64,000 nt of DNA from Podarcis pityusensis (taxonomy: Eukaryota), in the NCBI GenBank assembly GCA_964106645.2, contig OZ067043.1; one strand, 5' to 3'. Below the pieces are notes generated by a model, which ran no database searches, was not told the DNA's origin, and saw only the letters and a program-made list of their open reading frames with translations. The position numbers and the translations under genes are program-made. Shown here in pieces: positions 23,501 to 35,343 of the stretch. The number at the start of each line of letters is the position of its first letter. Position 1 is the stretch's first letter.

Positions 23501-26108
23501 TATTAATGTTAATAATATATCAGAAGTATGTGTTGATAACTGCTAAGAGGGTCTGCCTTTGCTGCTGTGCAGCATGATCTCTCAAGGTTGTTGTATGGCC
23601 CAACTAATACATTACTTAGATAGAATAGGAGCCCCTGGAAAACTGTTCTCCTATGATAGGCTTCCATGTTGCCTAGGTAAAGTATTCTGTTCCCGCCCCA
23701 ACTTGTCAAGGTTGATAGCAACAGCCCCACATGATCAGAACTTCTGTACTTTGCTGGGGTGACTCCTTTGTACAGACGTATACAAAACATTAGATCCATT
23801 TTAAGTACTTGCTATACAGAATCTAATGAGCCACATAGCAAGTAATATAAAAAATAAAACGGTTACAGTAAGCCCACAACTTGCATGCAATTTACTTGTG
23901 CCCATTCAGTTTTACATGCTTGGCAGAAAAATATTTTTTGTCAATAGAAAGGGGGTGGGTGTCTGGGAAATCCCAGCTGCCATTGAGCTCAATGTGTTTT
24001 GACTAGATGTGATTTTTGGCTGTAGGCATGATCCCTGTAACATAGCCCCACATAAATTGCAGACTTACTGTAGTTATGTTAATGTTCTTCAGAGTGGTAA
24101 ATTAAGAGATTCCTATCTCTATGTAATGCCCTATCTAGGAGTTTGCCAAAAAGTGTTAAGTGAGGTGAGGACAGAGGTGCACACCAGCTCCTTTTCAGAC
24201 CTTCAGCTGAGTGCATCTTAGGTTCCTGACTGCAAATGCACTTTGAATTGAATATTAATGCAGTTAGACTCCTTGTAAATGGGAACCCTGGTTTCCCTAT
24301 CAGTATTCTAAGCACATTCAGCTGAATATGTTCAGGATTCCCCTTTGTCTTAGGGACAAAATGAAGTGCAGGTTAGCATGTTTAGGGACATTGAGATCAG
24401 TGCTGCCTTTCTCCACTTCTAGCTAGTGGTTTCAGATGGAGATCAGAATAGGCTTTTAATCTGCAAGAATCTTGGAAATAATATCTTTGCTAAAAAAAAT
24501 TTAAAAATCATCTATGGGTCACTGGCAGTCAGCATATCGCTTGTCATGTTTTAGGAAATGATTCAGTTGGAGGATATTCCAAACCTCTCCAGTCTAGTCT
24601 CTAGCTTTGACCAACAGCAGCTTGCAAACTTCTGCAGGATCCTTGCAGTTACAATTTCAGAACTGGACACAGGCAGTGATGACAAACATACACTTCTTGC
24701 AAAAAATGCCCAGCAGAAAAAGAACATGGGTCCTTCTCGGGCGGAAATTAATCAAGGTAAAGCATCCTGTTTCTGAAAGTAATATGTACTCAAATTGATA
24801 TGTACTCAGTTAAAGTATTTTAAGATGGAAGTAAACTTGATTTCATTTGGATTTCTAATAATAGTTGTTCCATCAATTTAACATTTGTTAATCCTATTTG
24901 CTTCTTGTCATAGCTGCACTCCTCAATATACCAGGCTTCATTGAACGACTGTGTAAACTAGCAACCAGAAAAGTTTCAGAAACAACAGGAACTTCAAGTT
25001 TCCTTCAAGAATTGGAGGAGTGGTACACCTGGCTAGATAATGCACTTGTACTTGATGCACTAATGCGTGTGGCAGGTGAAGAGACAGAGCAAAGCAGCAC
25101 AGGTACCTGCTTTTAAATTTACTAGAACAGCCATTTAATAATCTGGTAGCTTTATCACCTGTAGATCTGCGTGTGGCCTTGTCTTGCACTGTACTCTTGC
25201 TTTGACATTTTCGTACTGGAATGGAAGCATGTGTGCAGCAGTACCTAAAGACTGAAAAGACTTGTGCAAATACCTCAGGATGGTGTATTCACTTTCTGCT
25301 ACATTGGAGAAACTTAACATCTTCTCATTTCCTACATTTTTGTTGCATTGATAGCTATTATATAACTACCTCCTTGCCCTTTTTTTTGTCTTTTAGAATC
25401 TTCAGATGAGAGTGGATTTGCCTCTACTTCACCAAGGAATCAACTTCCACAGACCATGAAGATTATGCATGAGATTATGTATAAACTGGAAGTTTTGTAT
25501 GTCCTCTGTGTGCTTTTAATGGGCAGGCAAAGGAATCAGGTAAGATTCTGCATCAGAAGTGCATAGTGAATTGCAAGCAGTGGCTCTGAAAATTCAAATG
25601 GGGGTCCAGCTATTTAAAATCCTACAATCTTTTCAAACTCTAGACCACTAATAATCTTATCTTGTAGGAAATGGATGCTTGTTGATTCATGTATCTTGCA
25701 CAGTGATCAGCTATAAGGTTTTTGGTTGGTGATCTAGTAAGAATTTAATTTGTATGTGCCTTTATGTACTTTTCCATTTGGCAAGTACTTTGCATTAAGA
25801 TAGGCAGCAGTTAAGGCACCCTGCTTTATGCAAATACTTTGAAATGAGGCTTTTAGCTAAGGAAGTCCATGCCATGTTTTATGCCAGTCTATTTTGGGAT
25901 CAACAAACTCACACTAAAAAGTTTCACTTTAAATTTTGAAATTTGGTGCATTATTGAAAACAAGTAGATTAAAATGAAGGGTGCAGCCACTGCAGAAGCA
26001 TTCTTGAAACAACATTTTCTTCATTCCTATTCATTCCTGTGGGGTGTGCAGAATAGAAATCTCTAATGGATATTGCTGGATATTGAAATATATATTTTTC
26101 AGAGTTAA

Positions 26109-26143
<35 letters not shown>

Positions 26144-29100
26144 TATGATTTTTATATTTATATATATAATGGGCTATATTTTGTGGGGAGATGGGGGAAG
26201 CTTTAAAGAATAAACTGGCACAGTTTATGGAAGATCTTAAAACAATATACCTGTAGTGAATATACCTGATCATTCTTCTTGCCTAGGTTCACAAGATGAT
26301 TGCAGAATTCAGATTGATCCCTGGCCTTAATAATTTGTTTGATAAATTGATCTGGCGGAAGCATTCAGCATCAGCCCTTGTTCTGCATGGGCATAATCAA
26401 AACTGTGACTGTAGCCCGGTGAGTATTAGGTTTAAGCTGCTGCATAGAGTATGTTCTTTTGAAATGGCCCTTAAGAGCTCATATGTAATAGCTGTTAATA
26501 ATGTTGATAGCTAGCCTCTTCAGTTGTTTTTCATACTAGTATTTTTTTCTGATTGCAATGGTAACAGCATCACTCTCTAAAATGGCTTAAATATTTTTTA
26601 AAGCCTGGAAGTCGTGAGTTGATGTTTCTACCAGTCTGCTAGGAAGGATATTCTGTAATGTTTCTTATAAAATAAATTCTCAACTTCTTTCTTCTGTAGG
26701 ATATTACATTGAAGATTCAGTTTTTGAGGCTACTTCAGAGTTTTAGTGATCACCATGAGTGAGTATAGAATATGTTTGCCATAAACTTTGTGGTGGCACT
26801 TCATGTATTGCTGAATTGATGGAACATCATATTTGAAGTAACTCGGATAATTTAGAACCTCCTCAAAAGTAACATACAAAGAATATGTAATAGTTTTGAT
26901 CATGTTTTGCTGTTACACTTCCAAGAAGTGAGTGAAAAGATATTGGGAGGTATTTGTAAAGCACATTTTGGGAGAGACTATTCAGTGGCTGCCAGCATGC
27001 AAGGGACCAAAAAATGGAATACAGCTGTTTAGACTAGTTTTGTCAGAGGACACTTTCAAAGGCACTATGCACATGAATTTTGAGATCTTAAACAGATTGT
27101 CCCAAATCTAAACTTATATTTAGGGCATTCTTTATCAAAAAATTCAGGGGGGAAGGAACTGGAATTGTGAAACCTGGCCTTCTGCTATTTTAGGAGTTCC
27201 TTTTTCACAATTTCCTTTAATATGACAGTATTCAGCTAAATAATTACGCAAGCAGAATGATTCCTGCTTGCGCAACAGAAGTTTGCCCCCACACACACAC
27301 ACCATCCCCAAATCTGTTCTAAAGTGTTGGGGGGAAACCCCAGAACAGGGGGAGATGGGGGAAGGGGAGACATTATGTTGCACAAGCGGAAGTCATTCTG
27401 CTTGTGCAAGGAACTACCTAATGCTACTTTGAATGCAACATGTAATTTATTCTGTGGGTTCATTCTATGGATTCTCAGGGCTCAAACCCAAATTGTGAGA
27501 TTATTTGTCCAATATAGAGTTAAGTTTCTGTAAAACTGAATAGAACCTTGATACCACAGAAGAACCAGCATAGTTGTGTGCATTTTTGCAAAGGGAATAT
27601 AGATGATGCATTAAAGAATCAATGTTTGTAATCACTCCTTCTGTCCTGATTTTTATAATAGGAACAAGTATCTGCTTCTAAACAGCCAAGAGCTTAATGA
27701 ACTGAGTGCAATATCCCTCAAAGCCAACATCCCTGAAGTAGAGGCAGTTGTCAACACAGACAGGTAGAGAGAAGTGCATGTATGTTTGTATCATTTATTC
27801 TTTCTGAAAGTATGGCAAGTATCCTATTTTACCAGGCCTGTCTCTTGAACCCTTGCAATAAGTTGGGTTATCTCTAACTTTGTTAGTACAGTGGTGCCCC
27901 GCAAGACGAATGCCTCGCAAGACGGAAAACTCGCTAGACGAAAGAGTTTTCCGTTTTGGAGGTGCTTCGCAAAACGAAGCTCCTATGGGCTTGCTTCGCA
28001 AGACGAAAATGTCTTGCGAGTTCCTGCGGTTTTTTTTCCCTTCCCTCCCCCCTTTTTCTAAGCCGTTAAGCCGCTTATCTGCTTATCCGATAAGCTGATA
28101 AGCCGCTAATAGCGCTAATCCGCTAATCCGTCAATGGGCTTGCTTCGCAAGACGAAAAAACCGCTAGACGAAGACACTCACAGAACGGATTCTTTTCGTC
28201 TTGCGAGGCACCACTGTATGTTGAACTAGCAAAAACGTGAATCACTCACACAATGCAATGGCATCTTTCTGAAGTGTATATTGGACATCTGGGTAGGGCC
28301 ACATATGCCCTTTAGGGATTGCTTGCAGTCCTTTACAATCTGCTTCTACCCCTAAAGCCAACTCTGTCCCTTTTGAGGCAGAACTTAGGTCTGTTTATTC
28401 AGACCTGTGAACACTTAGCAGCCAATGTTGGCTGGAGAGTGAATGCATAAGCGATGGATTTTGAGAGTGGAGGTTGCAAATCATAGGTAATTTTGATAAC
28501 TGATGGGAACATTCATGGGAAGCAGGAAAAGGATCAAATAGGACTTCATAAGGAATTTAATTAGCATATTTAAAGTATGCATACACTTATACAAATGAAC
28601 ATATTTATTTATATAATGCCCTTTATACCTATATTTCTGCTTAAATATTTATTACATACAAATTCCAAATTGGGTCACGCTGACTTCCTAGTGAATTGCT
28701 GCACATTCTGTTTATGAATGTAGCTTGTGCAATGCTTTATGTTACCCCGTTTGAGGTATGGGACATTCTTTCCATCTAAGAGGGAACAAGTTTCACAGCT
28801 TCACCCTTTTCATAGAAACAACAGATTGAGTTTGTGGGCAATAGCAGCATACATTATTTTTTAAAAAAACAAAACAAGTAGTAGCAAGATGTGGTCCTTA
28901 CTGCCCCCTTTCCAAGCTATTTGGCCTGGAAAATAACATTGCTGTAGATGTCAGTTTGAAGGACAAAGGTGCAAGCAAATGGACTTCAACCCTCAGCTTC
29001 CTAACATTTGAGGATTCATGGGACTGATTATCGTTCATTTGCCTAGCAGAGAGTTCAGTTGATATGGAATGATAAACCGGTTAAGGTGGCCTCTGTGTTT

Positions 29101-32100
29101 TAGCCACAAGCCAACACCATTCTGCTTTTGCTTGTTTTCATAACTTCCCTATAATTACACATTGTGTAATCTTGTACATCTAGAGACATCTGGAACATAT
29201 AAGTATTTCCATATTGGCTACCAAAAACTCCTGGGTGTAAAACTTTTTTTAAAAAAATTGAACTAACATCTGTTGGGTTAGAATATGCAAGTTCTGAGTT
29301 TGTACAGTTCTGAATGCTGTGTAATGGAAAAGTAACAACCCGTTCTTGTGCATGTAGCTCAGAAATATCCTACATTCAGTGAGGCTTAGATTTAGACTGT
29401 AGTCATGTTTCATTTTATTCATAAAATATATACACCACTTGATTACAAAAACAAAACAAAACCTCAAAGCTGTTTACAAAAAGCTAAAACAATAAAATTT
29501 GTAGTATCTGTTTGTGTGAGCGAGCACAAGGTTTTTACAAATGCAGGTTTTCTTCTTGGGCACTTAAGATTCAATCCCATTGAAAAGGTTTTTAGAATTA
29601 CAATAGAAAATTCATTCACCAGCAGGGGGTGTTAGACTGTAATGTTCCATGGAGTCACAGTATGTTCAAAATACACCATCCATTTTGAAATGGTTGTAGC
29701 ATTGCAAAAGCTTGGCATAGGTTTACTCAGGTATTGCTGTATAGAACTGCTAGATATTTTCTTAATAAATTCCCCTTCAACCCATTGGTTTACTCATTGT
29801 AATTTCTCCCCATGTTTTAGGAATTTAGTCTGTGATGGGAAAAGAGGCTTGCTGACCAGACTTCTTCAGGTAATGAAGAAAGAGCCAGCGGAATCATCAT
29901 TCAGGTGGGCTCTGTTATTACTACATTAAGCATAGTGTTCTGTTGTAGGAAAACTTGATCTTCAGAGTCCAGAGAGAAAGTGGATCCTTGCCAACTATTA
30001 AAAAACTTCAGTTTTGATTAGTTTTGTCCTTGAATTGAAAAAAATTGAGGCCAGCAGTGCTCAGGGATAGGAGACCTTCTCTCAACATGGTTTCTACCCT
30101 GCCCATGACCTTAAAGTTGCCTAGTCTCCAAAGATGTCTTAGTTGTTTAAGCTTTGAATCCTAACTAGTGATACACATAAGGAAGATCCACATATATAGC
30201 CAGTTTTGCTTTGCTTTCCTTCAACTGTTCTCACTATCAAAAGAGCATGTCACATAAAACTGTTTCCACTTTTTATTTACAATTAACCAGATGTTTCTTT
30301 CTTAATATAAGGTGTTAATTTTATTTTATGCACCAGGTTTTGGCAAGCCAGGGCAGTTGAAAGTTTCTTACGAGGCGCTACTTCTTATGCAGATCAGATG
30401 TTCCTGCTAAAGAGAGGGCTCCTAGAGGTATTCTAAATGTTTACTAAATACATATGTTTGTGAAGCATGCTTCTAAACCCTTAAACCCTTGATTTCTTAG
30501 AGAACATGGAGTCTTTACTAAGAGTTAATCAACTTGTTAGACATTGTCATAATCTAGGGTTCAGTCTAATCTTCTGAAGTTTGTCACTTTACTGTGCTCT
30601 GTGTCTCTGAAACACCACAGTTATCAATTATCAGGCTTAATCCCCTAGCAAGTCAAAACACCTTCCCGTAACAAGTATAGGAAGTCAAAGCCATTTTATT
30701 TCTGCCTGCAGAAAGCAAAATGTGAAGCTTATTGTCTTTATGGTAATATTTTTCTCCTTGCCAGCATATTCTCTACTGCATTGTAGACAGCGAATGCAAG
30801 TCACGAGATGTGCTTCAGAGTTACTTTGATCTTCTGGGAGAACTGATGAAATTCAACATAGATGCTTTCAAGAGGTTTAATAAATACATCAATACGGATG
30901 AAAAGGTAAACCTAAACCCCCAGAGTCCCAAATGAATCCTCCGCCTTATAATATATTGGATGCTGGCAAAGCCTAATCACTCTACTTTTTTAGTTTCAGA
31001 TATTTTTGAATCAGATCAACAGCTCACTGGTTGATTCCAACATGCTGGTTCGTTGTATTACTTTGTCTCTAGATCGATTTGAGAGCCAGTCAGATATTAA
31101 AGGTAACTTTGTGGTCTGTTCTGAGACCAAGAAATTGTTTTTAAAATATGGGCTACTGTGTCTATAACCATCAGGGATGTGGTGGCTTCTGAAAATCCTT
31201 TTGGAATTATTGGGTGCAATGATTGGTTCCTGGTCCATGGCGAGCAGGTACATACAGGGTCTGGCTTTTTCCCCATGCTGATTAGCAGTGGCATATTTGC
31301 TGCAGAGCCAGCAACTTCAGAAAGATTTTCAGCAGCCACTAAGGCTTAGATGAGTTGATGATAACAAACAGGTAAAACTCCTAGTATCTGTTCACAATAG
31401 ATAAGCACCCATTGTTGCTACTGCTTCTGTTTTTGTCTGAGTTTCTTTGAAGTTAAAAAAGTGGTAATTTTAATGGGCACTTCATGTGGTTGCTTTTCTC
31501 AATTAACGAACAGTAGTTAGAAACAAATATTGGCAAAGCTGTTAGTCCTTTCAAAAATGATTCTTGGCTCAGCTCTTTCAACCTAACAAATGGCTTGTCT
31601 CCTACAGTGGCAGAAGTCCTGTCTGAGTGCCGCCTGTTATCCTACATGTCACAGATGTCCATGAGGATGTCCTTCCTTTTCCGGCTTATTAATATTATTC
31701 ATGTACAGACGCTCACACAGGTAAAAAGCTGGCACTGGCACTGATCTCCCATGGAGCATGTGTAAATAGATTTTGTATCCAATGTGATGTTTTCCTTTAA
31801 GTTCCTAACCTGTTGGACTCTTGTGCTCCATAAATGGACTCTGGGAATATCTGTTAGTTTGAGCCTTTTATATTTTTTATCCTTATTTTCTTTACTATAG
31901 GAAAATGTAAGTTGTCTGAACACAAGTCTAGTTATCTTAATGCTGGCCCGAAGGAAGGACAAACTTCCCTTCTATCTTCAGACACTGCAAGAGATGGAGT
32001 ACACCAAGAAATACCCTGGATTTATCCTGAATAATTTTCACAGTCTTCTGCGTTTCTGGCAACAGCATTACCTCAATAAGGACAAGGACAGCACCTGCTT

Positions 32101-32570
32101 AGAAAATGTATGTCTGTTCCAGTTGCTTTGGAATATGCTTTTTATATTTTGTAATTGTGGCCCAGTGGGGAAAGAGTAAAAGAGATAGATGATGTAATGA
32201 CAGTGCTAAGGCAGTGTAATACAACAGCAACATGAGTGTCAGGGTGTATTTTAAGAATATGCGAGAATTGAACACTCTTAGGTGGCTGTGTTGGGCTCTC
32301 AACAAAACTAAAGCATTTTTTGGTTATTGTAAGTGTCGCAGTTTCTTGGTAAGCCAGAACAGACTGTGTGCTGCCACAGAAACATTCTGCTTCCTCAGAT
32401 GCAGGCTACATCTGCATTGAAAAAGTGAGAACTCATGTTTTGTGTAGGTGGATCTAAACTGGACTGAATTTCTTAGCTATAGTAAAACAGTGCTTTCTAT
32501 GTACCTATGCATTTGGTCCATGTTAATTTGAAGCAATAGCCCAGCATTGTCTGGTACTTTATATAGTAAC

Positions 32571-32620
<50 letters not shown>

Positions 32621-33573
32621 TGATTAGCATGGAAATGCTTATGCTGTGTTCTTGGCCAGTTGTGGCATAACATTTTTCCATCGGAAGGCAGTTTTTATAA
32701 CTTTTTATAGTAAAATACATATGGAAAACATTATAATTTTGGTCTCCCTGGAGACATCTGGCCGATTACTGGATGGGGGATGTCCTGGTTCAGGCCAGAA
32801 AGATTGTTGTGCTACTGGGCTAAATTTAAAGTTTCACTTGTTGGCATATAAAGCCCTAAACAGCTAGGAACCAGGCTGTCTGAAAGATCGCCTTTGCTGC
32901 CTGTCCACTGCAGTTATCTGTGGTGCCATGTGTGCTGGAGGTTTGTTTCATGGTAACTCAGAAGTCCTTCAGCACAGGGGCATCTGTCTTGTGGAATACA
33001 ACATCTGTCAAAATTAGGCAGGCTCCAACAATTGGTTATATGCTAAAAAAACTACTTCAGTGGGTTTTCCCAGATTTGATTCACGGGCAGTATCAGATTT
33101 TTTTTGTGGGGGGCATTATATTTATTATACATTGCTGTGATATTTGTTCATATTCAGCAGCTTATTTGGAAAATTTATGAAATTTATAAAAAATTATAAA
33201 ATGGTCATACTGATTGAAGAATTTCTGCATTCTAAGAAAATTTGCTTTCCTTTCAAAAGAACATGCTCCTGAAAGAAGACTGGGCTAAGTTGCTCTGAAT
33301 TCAATTTGAATTCCTAGTTTCCCTGTGTTTGAAGTTTCTGTTCTTGGTAGCAAGTTAGTTGCTAGATACAGCTGCATTTTAGTGGTACTTGCTGTTGTGC
33401 TATAGCATAAACTTTTTTTTCTACCTTCTTTACAGAGTTCATGTATTAGTTTTTCCTACTGGAAAGAGACTGTATCTATACTGCTTAGCCCAGACCGGAC
33501 ATCACCTTGTGCCATAGTTAGCTACATTGACGAGGCATACATGGACATGGACAGAGATTTTGCCGAGGAGTAA
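10053..33573 (+). CDS. TRPC4AP: TRPC4AP (TRUSS), CRL4-DDB1 substrate receptor; complete, 19 exons, 787 aa
   Basis: The 19 GT-AG exons listed below total 2364 nt in one frame from ATG 10053 to TAA 33571-33573. Peptides match recalled human TRPC4AP (EISPLLSMEAMAFVTEE, LEEWYTWLDNALVLDALM, FWQARAVESFLRG, DRDFxEE). Confidence 0.97.
15693..15821 (+). CDS. TRPC4AP: TRPC4AP exon 2
   Basis: LTEALLKERDKQAKWNGIP...CQGILK; AG/GT flanks. Confidence 0.93.
16448..16564 (+). CDS. TRPC4AP: TRPC4AP exon 3
   Basis: EISPLLSMEAMAFVTEE...DLFGGVD. Confidence 0.95.
17526..17700 (-). mobile_element. L2-like LINE 3' tail with (AAT)n microsatellite
   Basis: Minus strand reads gttagccgccctgagcc...gagggcgggatataaataaa followed by about 12 TTA units (17526-17561). 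Confidence 0.6.
19596..19653 (+). CDS. TRPC4AP: TRPC4AP exon 4
   Basis: LLVEILMRPTLITQKKKQK; cacag| and |gtaagt. Confidence 0.93.
20897..20952 (+). CDS. TRPC4AP: TRPC4AP exon 5
   Basis: (I)SDDLIKDCLSILYNTCIC. Confidence 0.93.
21764..21892 (+). CDS. TRPC4AP: TRPC4AP exon 6
   Basis: TEGVTKRLAERNDF...LIEDILGVKK. Confidence 0.95.
22270..22666 (+). mobile_element. CR1 LINE 3' fragment (degenerate)
   Basis: aagaaaaggttaaggggagacatg...ttcaaatacctgaagggct (KKRLRGDM..FKYLKG), cagtggaatggactgcct, and the terminal attctgtgattc repeat. Confidence 0.8.
24555..24756 (+). CDS. TRPC4AP: TRPC4AP exon 7
   Basis: EMIQLEDIPNLSSLV...AEINQ. Confidence 0.95.
24914..25102 (+). CDS. TRPC4AP: TRPC4AP exon 8
   Basis: AALLNIPGFIERLCKL...EETEQSST. 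Confidence 0.94.
25397..25539 (+). CDS. TRPC4AP: TRPC4AP exon 9
   Basis: ESSDESG...MKIMHEIMYKLEVLYVLCVLLMGRQRNQ. Confidence 0.92.
26111..26139. repeat. (TG)n microsatellite
   Basis: Direct read. Confidence 0.95.
26287..26418 (+). CDS. TRPC4AP: TRPC4AP exon 10
   Basis: VHKMIAEFRLIPGL...NQNCDCSP. Confidence 0.95.
26700..26758 (+). CDS. TRPC4AP: TRPC4AP exon 11
   Basis: DITLKIQFLRLLQSFSDHH(E). Confidence 0.94.
27662..27763 (+). CDS. TRPC4AP: TRPC4AP exon 12
   Basis: NKYLLLNSQELNELSAISLKANIPEVEAVVNTD(R). Confidence 0.94.
27889..28216. mobile_element. Tc1/mariner (pogo/Tigger-like) MITE, young
   Basis: 22-bp TIRs cagtggtgcc(c/t)cgcaagacgaa with 1 mismatch and a TA duplication on both sides (27887-27888, 28217-28218). 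CpGs are retained. Confidence 0.9.
29821..29904 (+). CDS. TRPC4AP: TRPC4AP exon 13
   Basis: NLVCDGKRGLLTRLLQVMKKEPAESSF(R). Confidence 0.95.
30337..30427 (+). CDS. TRPC4AP: TRPC4AP exon 14
   Basis: FWQARAVESFLRGATSYADQMFLLKRGLLE. Confidence 0.95.
30765..30905 (+). CDS. TRPC4AP: TRPC4AP exon 15
   Basis: HILYCIVDSECKSRD...NKYINTDEK. Confidence 0.95.
30994..31102 (+). CDS. TRPC4AP: TRPC4AP exon 16
   Basis: FQIFLNQINSSLVDSNMLVRC...SQSDIK. Confidence 0.94.
31608..31720 (+). CDS. TRPC4AP: TRPC4AP exon 17
   Basis: VAEVLSECRLL...INIIHVQTLTQ. Confidence 0.95.
31901..32107 (+). CDS. TRPC4AP: TRPC4AP exon 18
   Basis: ENVSCLNTSLVILMLARRK...KDSTCLEN. Confidence 0.95.
32573..32618. repeat. (CA)n microsatellite
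   Basis: Direct read. Confidence 0.95.
33436..33573 (+). CDS. TRPC4AP: TRPC4AP exon 19 (coding part)
   Basis: SSCISFSYWKETVSILL...DRDFAEE*. Confidence 0.95.
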   Translation, partial: SSCISFSYWKETVSILLSPDRTSPCAIVSYIDEAYMDMDRDFAEE

Positions 33574-35150
33574 TTCTTCAGGCTCTGGCTTCCAATGGAC
33601 TGTGCTTCAGAGGGAATCTTGCAGACAATGGATTTTCAGGGATATGCTGTGTGCACAAACTTGGAACTATGGAATGTTACCATGTTAAAGTTTTCTCTCT
33701 CCATCCCCTGCTCTCAGCACTGTTTTGAAGAGCAAGACATCACCAACTTCCTAGTCAACATATTCAGGGAATGCTTGTGTTCTGTCCGAAATTGTCTGCA
33801 AAAAGCCCAGTCTTTTCTGCTCACTGTGGCTAGAATCCTTTGAGTTTGATAGATGGGATCTTTCAGATGTGCAGTTATTAGCTGTGGCTTTTTATCCTGG
33901 CTACCAGAATTAGATGTTAAAAGTGCAGGCAATTTTTTGGGCCATCCAAACAAGCCGATTTTTATGAGCACGCCAGATGCACACCAGCCACATTTAAGCC
34001 ACTTTTAAAAGTTTCTATTTTTATTGCTTTTTCCTTTGCATTGGGATATAGAACTGATTGTGTGTGTATTTTGTTTTTAAATTCTTGGAGATAATAGCTC
34101 TCTTCACTTCTTTGCAAACTACTTTGGGATTGTCTCCTACAAAACTTGTGTCCAAACCCCTTATTTTATCTTGTTGTGGTATTGCATCCAGAAGTATCTC
34201 TCTCCGTTCTGTGGAAATCTCTTGTCTTCAGCTGATTTTACAGTGTGGTCTAGAACAGGCATACATTGTGGTGATGGGGTTGGTCTTGGGAGCCTAGCTT
34301 TGACTAGGCACTAATGAATTGAAATTAACTGATTTCCCCCACTCTAAATATTGCAGCCTGACCATTTTGTCAATAAATAACCAACTCAAGTTGAAAATTT
34401 ATTCTGCAGTCCTGCTTTGGCTGACCATAAAATCCGCTCTTGAACTTTTGCTATTTGGAAACCTAACACTCTAGGCTAAAATAGCAAAATTAACACCTTT
34501 TATTCCAATTGTGTATATATATTTATTTATTGTTCCTGAAGTGTAATAGGTACTGGAATTGGCTGATCTTCTCCTAATGATACATGTATTAAATGCTGCC
34601 CAGTGATTTTGGTTTGGGGACAAATTGCTCAACAATATCTGAGTTTGCTCTTGTAACTGCTGGCATTTAAACAAGTCACTTGGAATATAAGCTAATATTT
34701 GAAGTCAGAAACTTTCTGAACATTCTTTTCATTACTGTGCTAAAGCACTTTAAGAAGCTTTAGCAGCCCTTTATCTCCCTCAGTTTAAAATTACTTTGAT
34801 TGTCCCTTAATGTGTAAATGTTTACTTCTGGGACATACTCATATAGCACAATATACCCCTGAAAAGTCTTGTGTTAGAATGCTATGGCTATGTGGTATTT
34901 TCCTCTATGAAGGAAAACCTTAAATATCAGAACCAGTCTTGGTTCAGAAAGGTAATTTCCAGACATTACTTAACAGTAGCTGGGAAAGCGGAGTGCTTGA
35001 CTAGTCTCATCATCTTTACCCTGCACTTTTTGCTGCACCTTATTTTCAGATAACGCCATGGAAAGAACAGCTGGACTGCAGCAGGTTTGTTTACAGATAC
35101 TATTTTAATATATATTTGCCTCATAAAAAAACAAAGGCACTTGCTTCCAG

Positions 35151-35156
35151 AATAAA
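35151..35156 (+). terminator. Candidate TRPC4AP polyadenylation signal (alternatives: AATAAA 34372-34377, ATTAAA 36559 and 36573)
   Basis: AATAAA hexamer downstream of an AU-rich 3' UTR that includes a Pumilio-type TGTATATA at 34512-34519. The true 3' end cannot be fixed from sequence alone. Confidence 0.45.
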
Positions 35157-35206
35157 AAGTATAGTACTGTTCTATCTCACAGTACTAGTTGCTCTTTGGT
35201 TTAAAT

Positions 35207-35343
35207 CAGGCGTCCTCAAACTCGGCCCTCCAGAATTTTTTGGCCTACAACTCCCATGATCCCTGGCTAGCAGGACTCAGTGGTCAGGGATGATGGGAAT
35301 TGTAGTATCAAAACATCTGGAGGGCCAAGGTTGAGGAAGCCTA
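35207..35343. mobile_element. Palindromic hAT-type MITE (related copies ~36010-36142, ~40990-41118, ~44461-44600, ~45190-45290, ~51920-52042, ~57268-57402)
   Basis: TIRs caggcgtcctcaaact / aggttgaggaagccta, a perfect 8-bp TSD gtttaaat (35199-35206 and 35344-35351), and an internal ctacaactcccat...atgggaattgtag palindrome. Confidence 0.85.

Noticed and set aside
27889-28216. Short reiterated motifs resembling a CRISPR array
   Set aside because: Eukaryotic intron, irregular spacing, and bounded by TIRs with a TA TSD, so it is a MITE.
30428-30435. GTATTC donor as a U12-type intron
   Set aside because: It does not match GTATCCTT and I saw no TCCTTAAC branch site. All introns placed here look like U2 GT-AG.
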